64,000 nt of DNA from Camelus dromedarius (Eukaryota), in contig NC_087436.1 in NCBI RefSeq assembly GCF_036321535.1, positions 118,546,001-118,610,000 of the forward strand. The letters run 5' to 3'. Each line of letters starts with the position of its first letter. Within the stretch, counting starts at the first letter, position 1. Of this stretch, positions 48,501 to 63,500 are shown one piece after another. The notes under the pieces were generated by a model. It did no database searches. It was not told where the DNA came from and saw nothing but the letters and a program-made list of their open reading frames with translations. Made by a program: the position numbers and the translations under genes.

Positions 48501-51500
48501 CTCTGTTCCTCTGCCTCTATTGAGAATTCTTTCTCAGTCGGCAGCCAAGGACCAACACGTCTAGGGGCGGTCGAGGGGCAGGGGTTTGCCCTCACGTCTG
48601 GCAGGCTTTCCAGTTTGGGGTCCCTCTACTTGCTAACACAGTGGCATTAAATGTGTTCACACTGTTGGGTTTCCATGTCCAGAACTCTTCATCTTGGCAA
48701 AACTGAAACTCTGTCCCCAGAAACATTAACTCCCCATTCCCCCTCCCCTAGCCCCTGGCACCCACCCTTCCACTCTCTCTCTCTGTGAACTGGACGGCTC
48801 TAGGCACCTCATATGAATGCAGTCCAGCATTTGTCTTTTGTGACTGGCTTATTTCACGTGACATAATGTCCTCCAGGTTCATCTACACCGCACCCTGTGT
48901 CAGAATTCCCTTCCTTTCCAAGGCTGAGTAACATTCCCTTGTACAGATGGACCATGTTTTGTTTATCCAATCATCCTGTGATGCACATTTGGGTTGTTTC
49001 CTTCTTTTGACTGGAAAATTAACACCAAGCTCAGACTGAGGGTCTCACGCCTGGTACCAAAGCTCTGACACTATGGATGAAGGGCCACTGGGTAAGCCGC
49101 AGAGAGGTCAGATTGGTGACTTGCCCAGTGTCACACAGTCAAGATGGCAGCCCGACTGCTGGGATCTTTCTACATCCCGCTGCTTCCTGTAAGGCCCCTG
49201 ACAAGTCGTTTCACTGTGCACCTGTGTGAGCGAGAGAACAGCAAAGCTGCCCGGTCCCAGAAGGCGAAACCAAGGCACAGACAGACCAGCCCAGGACTCG
49301 CCCGCCTGGTGCACATCAGTGGAGCCAGCCGAGCTCACTCCCACCAGCCGGTGCTCCTGGAAGCCATCACTGCACCAGCAAACATGGGTATCTTTACAAA
49401 GATGCTCCCCCACAACACGTTTGAAATAGCAAACAGTGGGAAACAGCCTGTTGTAAGTGCTGGGATGAACCCCAAGATCCCCCGTCAGGAAGGAAGGACT
49501 TCTCCCCAGCTCCCTCCTCCAGCAGCTGGGAGAGCGGCCAGCGTATGGCCAGCGTATGGCCAGCGGATGGCCCTCAGCCGTTTGAGTCACCTTCCATGAA
49601 GAGAGCCACCCAACTCAAGGTCACGCCCCTTCCCAGAGGGCCACACCCAACGCCTGGTCCACGCAGGGTGTGAAGTCCCTGCCCCCTTGCCATTCCTCAG
49701 AATAAACCTGAAGGTCACCCAGGTTTCACAGCGCCCTGCAGCCAATCCCACTTCCTTTGTTTCGCTCATAAGGGTTGATTCTGAGGCAGAATAATGGTCC
49801 CCTAAAGATGTCCATGCCCTGAATCCCCAGGACCTGTGAATACGTCCCTCCCAGGCAAAGAGACTCTGCAGGTGGAATTAGGTTAAGGACCCTGAGATGG
49901 GAGATCACCCTGGATTATGTGGGTGGGTTCAATGTAACCACCAGGATCAGAGATGTGATGACAGAAGCAGAAGCTGGAACATGAAAACAGATGTATGTAT
50001 GCACGCGCATGACTGGGACACTGTGCTGTACGCCGGAAACTGACACATTATAACTGACTGTACATCAATTTAATATATATATAAAGCAGAGGCTGGAATG
50101 ACGTGGGGCTGCGGGCCAAGGAATGCGGGCAGCCTGCGCCCTGGAGCTTCTAGAAGAAACGAGTCCTGCCGACACCTTGATTTTAGCCTATGAGATTCAT
50201 TTCAGATTCCTGACCTCCAGAACGGTCATCTGCATTGTTTTAAACCATCCACTGGTGGGTTTATTACAGTAACAATAGGACACTAATACACACTCACTCC
50301 CTGCAGGCCAAGCTCTGCCTCAGAGTTTGTTCCCTGGGAGCCCTGACAACACAATTTTTTAAAGTTCATCAATAGGAGACAGATCAACTCAGTATCTCCT
50401 TAAAAACTGAAAATTCTGGAGGTCTTATGAGAAACGAGATTCGTAATCGATACTGAGCAGGACCCTGTGGGAGCCTTCCTGGCACTAATCTCCCCTTGTT
50501 CCCTGTTTCTTGTTTGTAGGAAATAGGCTTCGTTTGGGCTCCTTGACCTTCCCTGAGTTCCAAAGGGCAGATTCAAACAGTTGCTAACCAGGGAAGGGAG
50601 GGAAGGCAGAAACAGGGAGGAACGATCAAGACACAATAGTGCAGCCTTGGGGCAAGGTCCTGGTTACCAAAGCTGCTGTCCCAGGATCATACCCCTGCCC
50701 CTCCTTCAAATAGAAACCAACTGTTCTTAGAAACCAGTCAAGTCTCAGGAGTCAAAGAGAAGAAGCAAGAACTGGTTGGAACCTGTGAAGCCCAAGAGGG
50801 CACAGGATTTGACTTCCAGTGGACCTTGAGCCTCGTTACAAGTCAGTGTGATGCATGCTAAGTGACACCCCACCAGCGCCATGACAGTTGACAATCGCCA
50901 TGACAACAACCGGAAAAGCCCACATACGAGGCCAGAAAAGAATGGTGATTGGCTCCAGCACACCCAGAACGAGGACCTGATGGCGGAAGCCTCCCATAGA
51001 AGTCCACGTGGCCTGACCCGGGCCGGAGCTGCGTCTACCGGCAGCCTGGGCTGACAGCTCCTCCTGCGAGCGCCTCTCTTTCCTTCTCCGGCTCGAGCGC
51101 CTTTCCTTCCTTTCCCTCTTCTGAGCAATGAAACGGCTGTTCACTTCATCCCTCTGCTCCTGCTGCTCAGATTCCTTCACAGCTCGTGGCAAGGACCCAC
51201 GCTTTGGTGGGCTTCCTAATTTAGGGGACCCTCTATCTGAGACAGGAAGGGGGCAGGGCACAGCCATTCAAGGACTGCCACAGCAGTTAACATCAAAATG
51301 GTGAAAGATTCAGCCCCCAGGAGGCCTTGAGGCTCAGGATGAAGAGATTTAACTTCTAGCAGATCTTGAGCTTCATTCTACGCCCCTTGTAATACATTAA
51401 CGTGGTGAATAACACGCCCGCAGGCGCCATGGCAGTCCCAGGGCTAGCCACAAAAGGTCAAAGGGTGGGAAATGGCCAACTTCCCGGGAATCCCAGCCCC

Positions 51501-54500
51501 TTCCCCTTAGACTGGTCCTTCCACTTATTAGCATACGAAGCCACCAAGCCCGTAAAAACCAGCAACACGATGCCTCCCGGCCGCCGCTCTCTCCCTCTTC
51601 GGAGACGGCCCGCACTCTGTCTGTGGAGTGTGTACCTACTTTTAATCTGAGCACCCAACCCCCACACCTCATGGCCTCTCTCTTGCCTTTCAGTGTATCT
51701 CTCTGAATAAATCTACCTTCACTCAACTGTGGCTTGCTCTTGAATTCTTTCCTGCGCGAAGCCAAGGACCCACACTTGGTGGGCACGTCCCAGGGGCTCA
51801 GCTGAAGCCTGGGACACGGCCCTGCTCACGCCCCACATCTGTTGTCCTGCATCACATCCACTAACATACTGACATGAAATAATAACAAATTAATAGCTTG
51901 TAATACAGAATCCTGACCACAGGCCAGCAGTGTTCTATAAGCATTTTACATATATCTACTCATTTGACCTGTGAAACAACCTTTTTTATTACCTTCATTT
52001 TCCAGATGGGAAAACGGAGGCACAGAGAGGTTGAGTGAATGGCTCAAGGTCACACAGCTGCTACGTGGAGGGAGTCTGATTGTCCACGACATTTTATTGA
52101 GTAAGAAAAAGGCATACTGCAGCGTATTATGTGTATTATAATTCCATTTATGTAAAACTTAGGAGTGCCTGAGTGTGTATATAGAATATGTATATACATA
52201 TTCCAAGTGTTTATATATGCATGTACAAAGTGGAAAAATGCCTGGAAACACAGACACCAATGAATCACTTTTTAGTGTAAACACTTCCATATTGTTTTAA
52301 TAAACAGGTACTAATTCTGAAACTTACACCAATAAAATGCATTTTACAGTGCTAGTTAGACTCTCAAAACTCAGGAGTGCACATAAAAACTTCCCCAAGT
52401 CTTCCCCTGGTAAGTTTCTAGCCAAGGGAAGAAAGCAGCTTGCTGCAATACACATGACCCACAAAGCCCCACCCGGAGGAGACAGGGCTGCGGGGCTCTC
52501 TGTGACAGTTCTGTAATCCTGCATTCCTCCCAACCCCTCTCCACGTTCCCATCCTTAGTCAGGCTGTTAAAACTGGTGTGATGCAGCCGCAGGGGCAGCA
52601 TGGAAACCTGCTCAGGATTTCACGTTAGGTGTGGAAGGCAAGGCACGAAACTGTCAATTCCCTTTGACTATGATTCTGTGCAAAACAAGAGTGTGATTTG
52701 CAGCAACTTCAATGGAGGGAGAGAGCCTTCGGGCTGCAGAAGCTCAAACTTATTGAAATCCGAACTGGTAAATGGACAAAGAACACACTGGCCATTCCCA
52801 TAAAGGAGAAACGGATGTAAAACGTTTAACGTCACCAGCAGTTAAAGAACGGCAGTGCACCACGGGAGACCGGCTTTTACCCATCAAATTAGCAAGGCTT
52901 CGTAGAAGCAATAACACCCAATGGTGCAAACACGCAGGGAACGAGAGACGCGGGGCTGTGGGCGTGCACGTAGGTGTGTCTTTTGGGAAAGTAATTTGGC
53001 AGTAAATGTCACAATCTTGAAAAATGTTAAAACCTTGACCCTGTAACTCCATTTCTGGAAATCTAAGAAAATTATTAGAAATGCAAACAAATGTTTATAT
53101 ACAGAGATGTTCACCAAACACGACTCACAATAAAGCACACAGAAAACCTAAGTGCCCAATAAAAAGAGGAAATGGCTAAGCAAATTAACCATTAGACTGT
53201 ATATAACGAGCCATTAGAAAGTTTTTAATAAAGAGTAATGATTACTCATAACATGGTAGGTAAATGAAGAAGGATTCCAGAGGACCGCTGACATATAACT
53301 ATACGAGGAGAAAGTCGTCCAAATAGATGGGGAATGCAGAGCAGTAATCCTTCACATTAATGGTAAGTGGTGACTGGGGGTAGGGTCAGAGGAAAAAAAA
53401 TGATCTTCTCTTGCTTTTCTCACTATTTTGTAATTTGGGGATGATACTTTGATAATGAGAAAACACAGCATATATAGTTTAAAAACTGAAAACACCCTCC
53501 CTGTCTCTCCTCGAAGCATCTCATTCGTTTGAGGTTTCCTCCTCAGACAGCCTCAGAACTGCCCCTTTCCAGACGGACCACTCACACCTGGTTCATTCTG
53601 TCTTCTTCGTGTTTGCTTCCACGTGTCTTCCACTCAACTCACCTCCATCTGGTGTAATGCACACTGTAAAGTACCCACACCTTGCAGAGACACTTGGCGC
53701 GAGCCCACGCAGAAGGGTGGGACACAGAGAGGCACAGACGTAGTCCCCTCCCTCCTAAGCTAAGGGTTTAACAGAAGAGCCAGGCAGACAACGGGTGTCC
53801 TGTCATCCAAGAGCAGTGGAAAAGGTGCCCCAAAGAGGCCAAGTACCCTGCCACGGGTACTCAAGGGACGAAGTAGCTCTGACTGGGGCAACTGCAGGGG
53901 GTGACAGCTTAGCTGGGTAGCAGGGCAGAAGAAAGGGCACCCCTGCCAGTGGGTGAAGGGACAGCAAGAGCAAAGGCCAGAGGCACAGGAGGTTTCAGGG
54001 GGTGGCTCCGGGATAATAAGCGGCCAGGTGAGTTTACGGCAGAGACAGAAAAGTGAGGCGAGATCAGGGAGGGCTTGTGTGCCAGGCTACGGAAACTGGG
54101 CTTTCTTCTGCGAACGGGGGAACCGCCGAAGGGCCTGGAGGCAAAGAAAACAGAGTCCTGAAAGAGAGTCCTGTCTTCCCACTGTTTGTGCAGAAGAGCA
54201 CAGCTCACGGCTGGGCTCACGGCAGATGCAGATACAGGGATTTTTAACTCCACACGATCAGACCCACTAAAGAAACACGTGTTCCAGAACTGTGCCCCCA
54301 TCCTGGAGCTGCCACTGACCTTTGTCCTGCACCAGCACTTCCAGCTCCTCCCGGACGCCATCGCACCAGCTGGTGATGTCCACGTGCAGGGAGTAGTCGC
54401 AACAGGATTTGGTGTCAGCTGCTTCGTGCCATTTCTCAAAGGAGGTCAGCAGGCTGGACCCCAGTTCAGGGACAACATGGTCAACTGGGACAGAAAAACA

Positions 54501-57500
54501 TGTGTCTTTCTAGGATGCTTAGGGCCCAAGTTGTTTCAATGGTAGTCTCTTTATCACCATGACCCCCATCACCACCATCACCTCCAATATCAGCGTAGTC
54601 ATCATAACCATCGCTGTCACCCCATCACTGCCATCAGCACGATCATCACCATCATCACCACTGACATCATCCAGATCAACACCCTCTCATCAGCACCCTC
54701 CCATCATCACTCCCACCACCACCAGCATCAACATCGCCATCACGGTCACCAAGATTACCACAACCATCAGCAGTGACATGTCACCAGCACCTTCAGTCTT
54801 CATTCCCACCATCGTCACTACCATTGTTACTGTCATTTTCACCATCATCATGACAACTACTTATCGAATGCTTTCTGTGTGTCAGATACTGCCACAAAGG
54901 TTTCACATAAAGATCTCGTCAAATCCTCACTACTATCCTGTGTAGTGAATACTAATAGCCCCATTGTGCAGATGAAGAAACTGAGGCTCAAAGAGGGTAG
55001 AAAAATTTGCCCGAGGTCACACAACTCGTAAGCAGTAGAAGATTCCCAGAGTCCTGTCAGCTGCATGATGTGACTTCGGGGACACAGACCAGCAAGGTGA
55101 AAAGGAGCTTAGAGACTGAAGGGATATTAACGTCATCATCCTTTTCTCAAATAAAAATCTCAGCTGTAAAGCAGATCAAAGGGAGGCACCTGCCTTTTAA
55201 ACCTCACTGAGCTTCGCAAATCTCTCTGGCTACTGCCCTGTTTCTCTAACACCCACCCTTCACAGTCAGACATCTATAAAGACCAGTCTCTGCTCTCGCC
55301 CTCCCTCTCACGCCACCCACCGGAAGCATCAGCCTTTGCTAATTCGACCCTCCGTTCCTCATTCTACTTGACCTCTCACGGCAGAGTGAATCGCTCCCTC
55401 CTTTAAACTCACTCCTCCCTGGCTTCCATGGCAACACAGCTTTCTGGCTTTTTGTCCTACTTCTGTGGTCATTTTTCCTTCAGTTTCCTTGAAGACTTCC
55501 TCCTCTCCTTGGCCATTAAGTGATCAAACTCCTTATGACTTGGTCCTAGAACTGTTGTTTCTATGCGGCTGCTCACTAAAATGCATCACCCCGTCTCGGC
55601 CACAGAACTCTGAACTCAGCTGTTTCCCTGACCTCTCTACCAGGAGGGCTCAAAGGCTCCTCAGAAATAAAGTGTCCAAAACCTCGTGTAACATCGTCCC
55701 CTCCTCCCCCTCACTGGCAAACCTGGTCCCCCAGCCCCACCCCAGCTGTCAAGGGTGCCCTGCAGTTCCACCAGCTCGGAGCCCAGGGGTCAACGAGTGC
55801 TGTCCACTTGCCTCCGACACCCCCTGGAGCTCCCCACATCTGTCTGGTTCCATGGCTACACCTTCATCTCACAGCTGAACTACTGTAATCGCTTCCCACT
55901 GGTCTTGTCACATGCAGCCTAGGCTACTATTCTGGTCTCTTTAAAACAGATCATCTTACCCTCTGCTTAATATCCCTCAGTGGCTGCTCACCACCCATAA
56001 GAAAAAGACCCAAATTCTCACCTGGGCCATTGAGGCCCAGTACCATCCTCTCCTCCCAGCCTTATCTCACAGGATGCCTACCCTCAGTCTCTGCACCCTT
56101 GCCTCATGGGCTTCCTTTAAGTCTCTTAAATGCAAGATGTGTTTCATACCACAGGGCCTTTGCACATGCTGTTCCCGCTTCCCAGAGCTCTCTTCCCTCC
56201 CACCCTCTACACCCAGTCAACGCCTACTCATCCTTCAGATCGATGCACAAATGCCACTTCATCAGGGAAGCCTCCCCTGAGCCTTCTGTCCTGCAGTTCA
56301 AAGCACTGTGCACCACTAATCCACTTATAATCAATCGTGGGGGTGATTAGTGACTCCCCAGGGACTGTGAGCCCCTGGAGAACAAGCATCGTGTCTGCTT
56401 TGTTCCTTTTCTCCGCCACCACCTAGCACAGTGCCTGGGGCAGAGCAGCCCTCAATAAATGTCTGCTGGATGAAGAAATGGGGCAGGGACTCAGAACCTC
56501 CCGGCCCCTTGTCACATGCCTCCTGTGGTCCTCAGGGTGCTTTCATAGGCTCTTGGTGTTCCAGGAAACACACTTTGAAAACCACCCTTTTACAGATGGG
56601 GAGAATGAGGCCCACGGGGTTGGTGGAGGGGTCCCCTGGTGGTCTCACAGCTGGTGATGGGAAGAGAGCCAAAGAGAACTCCAGGATCCTGATTTGTCAT
56701 CCAGGGATCTGTCCTCTACCCCACAGAGGTCCCCTGAGCCTGGAACTTCCATCTCCACTGCTCAGACTGTCCCAGTTCGTATTTCCCAAGCACTTACGCC
56801 GTACGCCATGCACTGTGCCAAGGAGCTGCATGTACAGGGAGGGGTGGGAGTCAACTTACAAAGCCCGCATTCCTGCTGAGGAAGCTGAGGCTCACAGAGG
56901 CTGAATACTGCCCGGTGGTGCCCTGTTGAGTGGTGGTGACCAGGTACAGAGCCTGGTGACTGGGATTCAGGTCTGCCCTGGTCCCAAATCTGGGCTCCTC
57001 TCAATTTCCCAACCAGCAGACACAAGGCTACTTTTTAGAAAAGTGACCAGGAGGGTGCTTGCCCCCTGAGCTCGGCCATACCCTCCTGGCTCAGAGGGAC
57101 AGGGAGCTCCGACACGTGAGCTCTGCCCATGGTGGCCAACTCCAGCCAGACGGCGCTTCCAGAAGAACTCCTCGATGGGGGGAGACGGGCAGGGTTGTGG
57201 TCAGTGCAGGGACAAGCCACCTAGACGTGGAGCCCAACTGTTGACTGAACATTTCAAAAACATGCTGCCTCTTTAGTCAAAATTGCTTATTAATAAACAA
57301 CAAGGTCTTATTGGGTAGCACAGGAACTATATTCAGTATCATGTAGTAACCTAAAATGAAAAAAAATATGAAAAGGAATATATATATATCCGTATAACTG
57401 GATCACTATGCTATAAACGAAAAATGAATACAACACTGTAAATTGACTATACTTCAATTTTAAAAGTTGCTTATTAATATGGAATCCAAACAAAAGCAGC

Positions 57501-60500
57501 TATTAAAAAAATGCAACAATCTGGCTACAAAGGGCAGCAGAGGAAGAGTCCAGCATCCCAGACAGAGCACTGTGGTAGACGGCATTATCTGTCCACAGTT
57601 CCTCCTTCCCTCCCTACCCTCACCATGGTTCACGGTGGCCAGGATGCGATTTTAGGGACTTTGGGCTTGGCCGTGCGACTTGCTCTGGCCAACAGAATGA
57701 AGGCAGAAGTCACAGTGTGTAGGTGAAGACAAGAGGTGCTAAGAGGAGTAGCAAGTTTCTGCCAGACCCTCTTACACTTGTGCCATCCACTGGGAGCAGA
57801 GCATAGCTGCACTGGTCATTGGTTCCAGAATGAGAGACCCATGGTGCCCTCCCCAAACTCAACCCACAGCCTGAAGCAAACCCACTCCAGCCCTCCTCCT
57901 ATCCCCACAGACCCTTGAATAAGAAAAACAAGTGTTGCTTCAAGTTTGGGGACTGTCTGTCATGCAGCATTATCACGGCATTACTGACGAATACAACCAC
58001 TTCCCAGCTGTGTAGCCTTCAGCAACTTCTCTCATCTTTCTGAGCCTCTACTTCACCATCTGTCATAATAATACCTACACCACGAGTTCCCAGACTTTAG
58101 CCACTTGCACATCAGGGCCCTTAAGCAAAATTCTTGGTGTCACTCAAGATGCTGGGGATGTGGAAGAGAAGTCACAGCCTCTGTCCTAAGGCCAGGGTAT
58201 GACTCACTGATCATCGTGGTCCCGCCGGCCAGCGCTGCCTTGGTGCCCTGGAAGAAGTCGTCGGCGGCCGTCATCCCCTGGGAGGGCTTCTGCAGGTACG
58301 TGTTGACATCAATACCTCCAGGAACAACCATCCGCCCGTTGGCCTCGATGGTCTTCACTCCACCGGGAACGATCAAGTTCTCCCCGATTTGTCTGGAGAC
58401 AAACAACAGAGACGGCCTTTGGTTCTTAAAAGGAAAACAAAATGGCGGCCAACTCTGCAGCTTCAGTTCCATTAGATACACATTTCTGAGACGGATGCTC
58501 TGCAGGGCAGTGCGTGGACAGAGATAACTCAGGCAGGGTCCCTGCCCTCCAGGGGCTCCCAGCCTAGCGAGGAGGAAAGGCACGTAAGCAGACGGTTACT
58601 ATCCAGTTCAGGAGGGCGGGCAGGGAGCCCAGGGTGGGCCGTTCCAGCAGCCTGGTTATCTGGAAGGGCTGCCAGGGGCAGGCAGTAGGAGAGCTGAATT
58701 GAGCAGCAGCGAGACCAGTATCTGCATCAAGCGGCAAAGCTTCTTGGAACAGCCTGTCACTCAGAGAACTTCACACACATTTGGCAACTGCCCTGGGGAC
58801 ACAGAGGTGAGCAAGGGAAGTGAGAGAGTGGGAAGTTCCCTGAGCTTGGCAAGTCTGTAGAGACAGGGCTACAGGGTCAATTCCGACTCTCCAAAATCCA
58901 TATGTTGAAGTCCCAACCCCCAGCACTTCAGGATGCAACTATATTTGGAGAGACGGCCTTCAAAGAGGTCATTAAGTTAAAATGAGGTTGTTAGGGTGGG
59001 GCCTGATCCAACCTGACAGGTGTCCTTAGCAGAAGAAGCGATTAGGACGCAGACATGCCGAGAAAGACCACGAGAGGACACGGGAAGAAGACGGCCGCCT
59101 ACAAGGCCAGGAGGGAGGCCGCTGGAAAAGCCAGCCTGCCTGCATCCTGACCTCAGACACCCCGCCTTCAGGACTGTGAGCAATAACTCTCTCTTGTTTA
59201 CGCCTCGCAGTTCGGGGACTTTGTTCTGTCAGCCCTGGGAAAACGATACAGACAGGCCAGCCGGGCCCTCATTTGAAACCGTCGTGAGCACCAGCCTCAG
59301 GGAAGCCACTTATCCTCCCGGCCGCGAACACCTCAAAACCTGCCACAGGGGAATCACTGGCGGCGGCAGGGCTTCCCTGAACACACGGACCCGCCCTCCT
59401 GTGCTTGGCGCCTGCAAACTTCCCCTAGGAGGAGGGAAGACTCCAGAAGCTGGGGAAGCAGGAGGAGCCTAAGAATTTCAAAGCCTCACCCCTGTGGGGT
59501 CAGCTGTGTCTTATCTGTGGGAACCGGAGTCAGGGGGCATCTCCAGGGGGCAGCGGGGGGGCTCAGCCGGCCCAGGGCAGATGCAGCCGCCTCCCTCCAG
59601 GGCCAGGGCCTGGCGGAGACCAGCTGACCGTGAGCAATTTTTATGGAAAAAAAAAAAGAAATCCAGTTCTGAACTCTTGGGATTTGCCTCCAGTATGAGT
59701 TTTTCTAAATTAGATAAACATCAGTAATGAAGACACAGGAAAACGCAGCTTTGGGGAGCACAGTGCCAGGCCCCAGGCAGAATCCGCACACAGGTGCAGA
59801 AGCAGAAGCTCCCCGCTCTCCTGGACCCCGGGCTCGGCTGGTCCAGGCAGGTCGGGGCACAAAGGCGCCAGGGCTCTCCTTGGGGGCTCTCCCACAGACC
59901 TGGGGCATCACACACTGTCTGCCCTGAAACCGGAAGCCAGTCTAGTCAGAGCGCAGCGCCGGGGCCCTGGGGAGCCCCCGGGAAAGTCAGCGTTCTGCCA
60001 CTTTCGCCGCCAGTACACCTGCCGCCTCTGATCGCCAGTCCCCCTCCGGCCATCACTCCCATCTTCACGTACAGAATCTCGTCCAGTGCTCCCACCGTCC
60101 ATCTCCAAGGTCATGGCCAATGCCAGGAGCTGAAGGGAAGTGGTTCAGGGAAGTCACCCTCAATCAAGCTTTAAAACAAGAGTGGTGAACTGCTAAAAAG
60201 CACCGACCAAAGGACACTCTCCCAAGCACTTCACGGCCTCATTTGTGCTCGCACTAGCTTTTAGGGAAGACGGGGTGATGTTCAGAATGCACAGCGCTGG
60301 CAAAGAAATGCCACTGCTCGATCGGAATGGGCACGTGCGCAGGCACTCGGCACAGCCCTCCACACAGGAATCAGTGGAGTCACCGCCAGTCTGATCCGGA
60401 TCTATGACTCGGTCGCTGTGCTGCGGGGATGAGTTCTATTGTCGGGGCCATTCTTAGCAGGCAGATCGTTGTCTCTCTTTACCCTCCTCCTCTAATCTCT

Positions 60501-63500
60501 TGCCAACAACCTGTGAGAGAGGAAGTATTCACATTTTGCAAAAGAGGAAATCGGAACTCAGAGCGGTGTGGTGACTTGTCCGAGGCTGCACAGCGAGTCA
60601 GTGTTGGGTCTGGGTTCAAGCCCCGTCTCCCCAAGTCTGATATCAGATTCTGCCCACCAAGCTCAACTGCCTCCCTGCTTCCCTTCTGCAGAAGCAGCAG
60701 ATTCTCCCCAAACTGGATCCCCCAGTGAACCCCCGAAGAATCAGGAGGAAGACTCCCCGAACAGTTCTCAGCAGAGTGCGCATGGAAGGAGAGGAGACAA
60801 GGGGAGCTCAGAGGATCAGCCAGGCACCTGCCCGACCCCAGCACCGCCCTCACCACCATTCAGAAAAATGGCCCTCCGTCGTCAGCACTTGACTATCCAA
60901 ACTGGATGGAACCCTCAGTGGCTCACAATAGATTCTGCACAAACACAGCTCAACAGCTTTTAGGAAAACTTGACAAATGGCCTCAAAATGAGAGGATTCT
61001 GGGGGTTTAATCAAAGTGAAGGGAGGTAACCCAGCCTCCTCACGCCCGGTGGTCCCTCGGGCTCTCCCTCCTTCCACACCTACTTCTCGCGAGTTGGGAT
61101 TGTGCCCCCCGGGATTATCCAACGATCCTGCGAGGCATTCAGTCACACTCTCTGCTTAACAGGAGGGGAAAGCGACAACACGAGGGCTTAGAAAGATTTT
61201 CAGCAACAGGGTTAAGATTAGAGGCATCTCCCACCAGGAGGAGCTGACAAATACTCGACTTACGGAAACTGCGTATTTCCTGAACACCCTGGATGGTGAG
61301 CCCTAAGGCTCCAGGTGTTCACACGTACAGCAAGCACTTAATAAATGCAGCCCAACTGATGAGGACTTGTTCCATCTGCACATGTCCTGGATTGCAAGCC
61401 TTCTAACCTCCAAGCACGTGTGGCTGGTGGGAATGGTGGTCCCGTGAAAGGGTTCTCAGCGTCAACTCACCCAGGACCCCAGAACGCTCAGCCCAGACCA
61501 CCTGTGCCTCATCTAAGCAGTGGTGACTTCGAACCCTCACTTCTGGATGCATATTACCCCCAGCCGATCATCTGCCTTTATCCGCTTTCTGGTTCCAGGC
61601 TGTGCCGTGGCTGAGACTGAGGTCCCCACCATCTGATGTGTCAAAGTTTGTCTGTTACACTCACTTCATCAACACCTGGGGTCCTATACCCCACCCCTGG
61701 CACTGCGCCAGGTCCCAGGCTGGGTGGCAATAAAGCAAGACCCCTGGTCAGGAGCCTGAGGAGTGCTGTGACCAACAGTGGCACACGGCAAGGGATCAGC
61801 ACAAGGGAGGGGGGCAACTGGGGCTCCAGAAGGCTTCCTGGAGGAGGAGCCACACAAGTTGGGTCCACAGGATAAATAGGAGTTGCAGGGCAGAGGGACG
61901 AAAGGAGAGTAGGGGGAAGGGCAAGGCATTTCGGGGGAGGATCTCTGGTGCAAGGTTCCCAGGTGAGAGCTGCCTGGTGCCAGTTTTCAGTGCAGCTGGA
62001 GAGAAGGAGCTGGGGGAGGGGAGGGGATGAACGGAGAAGGTGAGGTCTGAGCTGGACTCAAAGTGGTCAGACCTGGGACTGGGGGTGGGGAGATAGGCAG
62101 AGGGAGGCAGGGAAGGGCTCCATGCTGCCCTGGGTACCCTCGCCTCACAGGGCTCTCTGCGCAGATGGTCTCTTAATGCGCAGGACAATCCACAGCCCCT
62201 CTTCCTCCTCTACCTCCTCTTCCTCCTCCTCCTCCTCCCCCTCCTCCCTCTCCTCCTCCTCACCTTAATCATCACCATCATCAGCGCACACGTGGCCCCA
62301 GACAGTCCCACCAATAGACCCCATTCCTGTTTGAACTTGGCCTCGCTCACGCCCTCTTTGCCCTTCCTTCTAGTTCCAGTTGCCAAGCCGGATCCCGAGA
62401 CACCCTCCCACTCCACTCCGCCCGGCTGCGGGGAGAGAGGCCGGGCGGCAGACTGCGGCACGTGGAAGCCACGTAAAAACCGCTGTCTTGTGTTACCAAC
62501 TGAATTCTGTCCCTCAGATCCACATATTGAAACTCAAACTCCCACATCTCAGAATGTGACTGTGTTTGGAGACAAGACCTCTAAAGAGATAATTAAGTTA
62601 AAATGAGGCCGTGGGAGTGAGGGTCCTAATCCAAGAGGGCTGATGTCCTTATGAGAGGAAGAAAAAGCAGAGCTTTCACACACACACAGAGGAAAGGCCA
62701 CGCAAAGACACAGCAGGAAGACGGCTGTCTGCCAGTCAGGAAGAGAGGCCTCAGGAGAAGCCACCCTGCTGGCACCTGACCCAGGGCTTCCAGCCTCCAG
62801 AAATGTGAGAGAGAAATTTGTTGCATGACCTGAACAGTCCGGGGTATTGTGTTATGGTGGCCCGAGCTAACACACCTGGGATGTCACAGCAGGGCGGGAG
62901 AGGCAGCCGATGGGGAGAAGGCAATGGACAGCTGCAGTCCCACTGAATGCCAAAGCTCGGCCTGGAGGACAGGCCTTCCTCCTTTCTCTCCTGGCCCGCT
63001 CAACCCAATTCCAGAAATTGTGGGCAGGTGGGGGAAAGAGATATGAATTCAGGCAGACGTACTAGGTTGGAATCCAGTCCTTGCCCCTAACTCATTCTGC
63101 AACATGGAGCAGCCAGTGAACCTCAGCGGCCCGCCATCTCCTCTAAGAGCGGAAGAGTGGCCAGCGTGTGAACTTGACGGCCCCTGCGGGCCGGGTGGCC
63201 CGCCTGAGCACCGTGGCAGGGAGCAGGCATGGGGCACGGGGCACACGGCAAACACAAGCCCCTTCTCCACCCACGGTGAGCGCCCCCACAAATCTCCCCA
63301 CCCCTGGGAGTCACAGGAGCCATCCCATTCATTCTGGGGCAGAGCGCCAGCCTTCCGTCCCCGCTAAGGGCTGGGCAGCCTAGCGGGGTGGGCTTCTTAA
63401 AAGGTCTGTTTAGTCAACCCACTTTATGAGTCCGTCTTCCAGGTAGACGTCGGCATAGAAGGACTGGTCATCGTTAATGATCCGTCCGCCTTTGATGAGG

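Noticed and set aside
49536..49572. Short tandem duplications (11 bp x3 here; 14 bp near 2866-2898; 19 bp near 7522-7559), CRISPR-like at a glance
   Set aside because: No unique spacers, eukaryotic context; ordinary slippage duplications.
31098..51854. LTR pairs as the ends of one full-length provirus
   Set aside because: The sequence between them holds host exons and no gag/pol/env; the copies have separate flanks.
58290..58320. Missing HxH metal-binding motif (GGIDVNTY) suggesting a dead enzyme or pseudogene
   Set aside because: Established property of CRMP proteins, which are non-catalytic dihydropyrimidinase homologues; the gene is intact.
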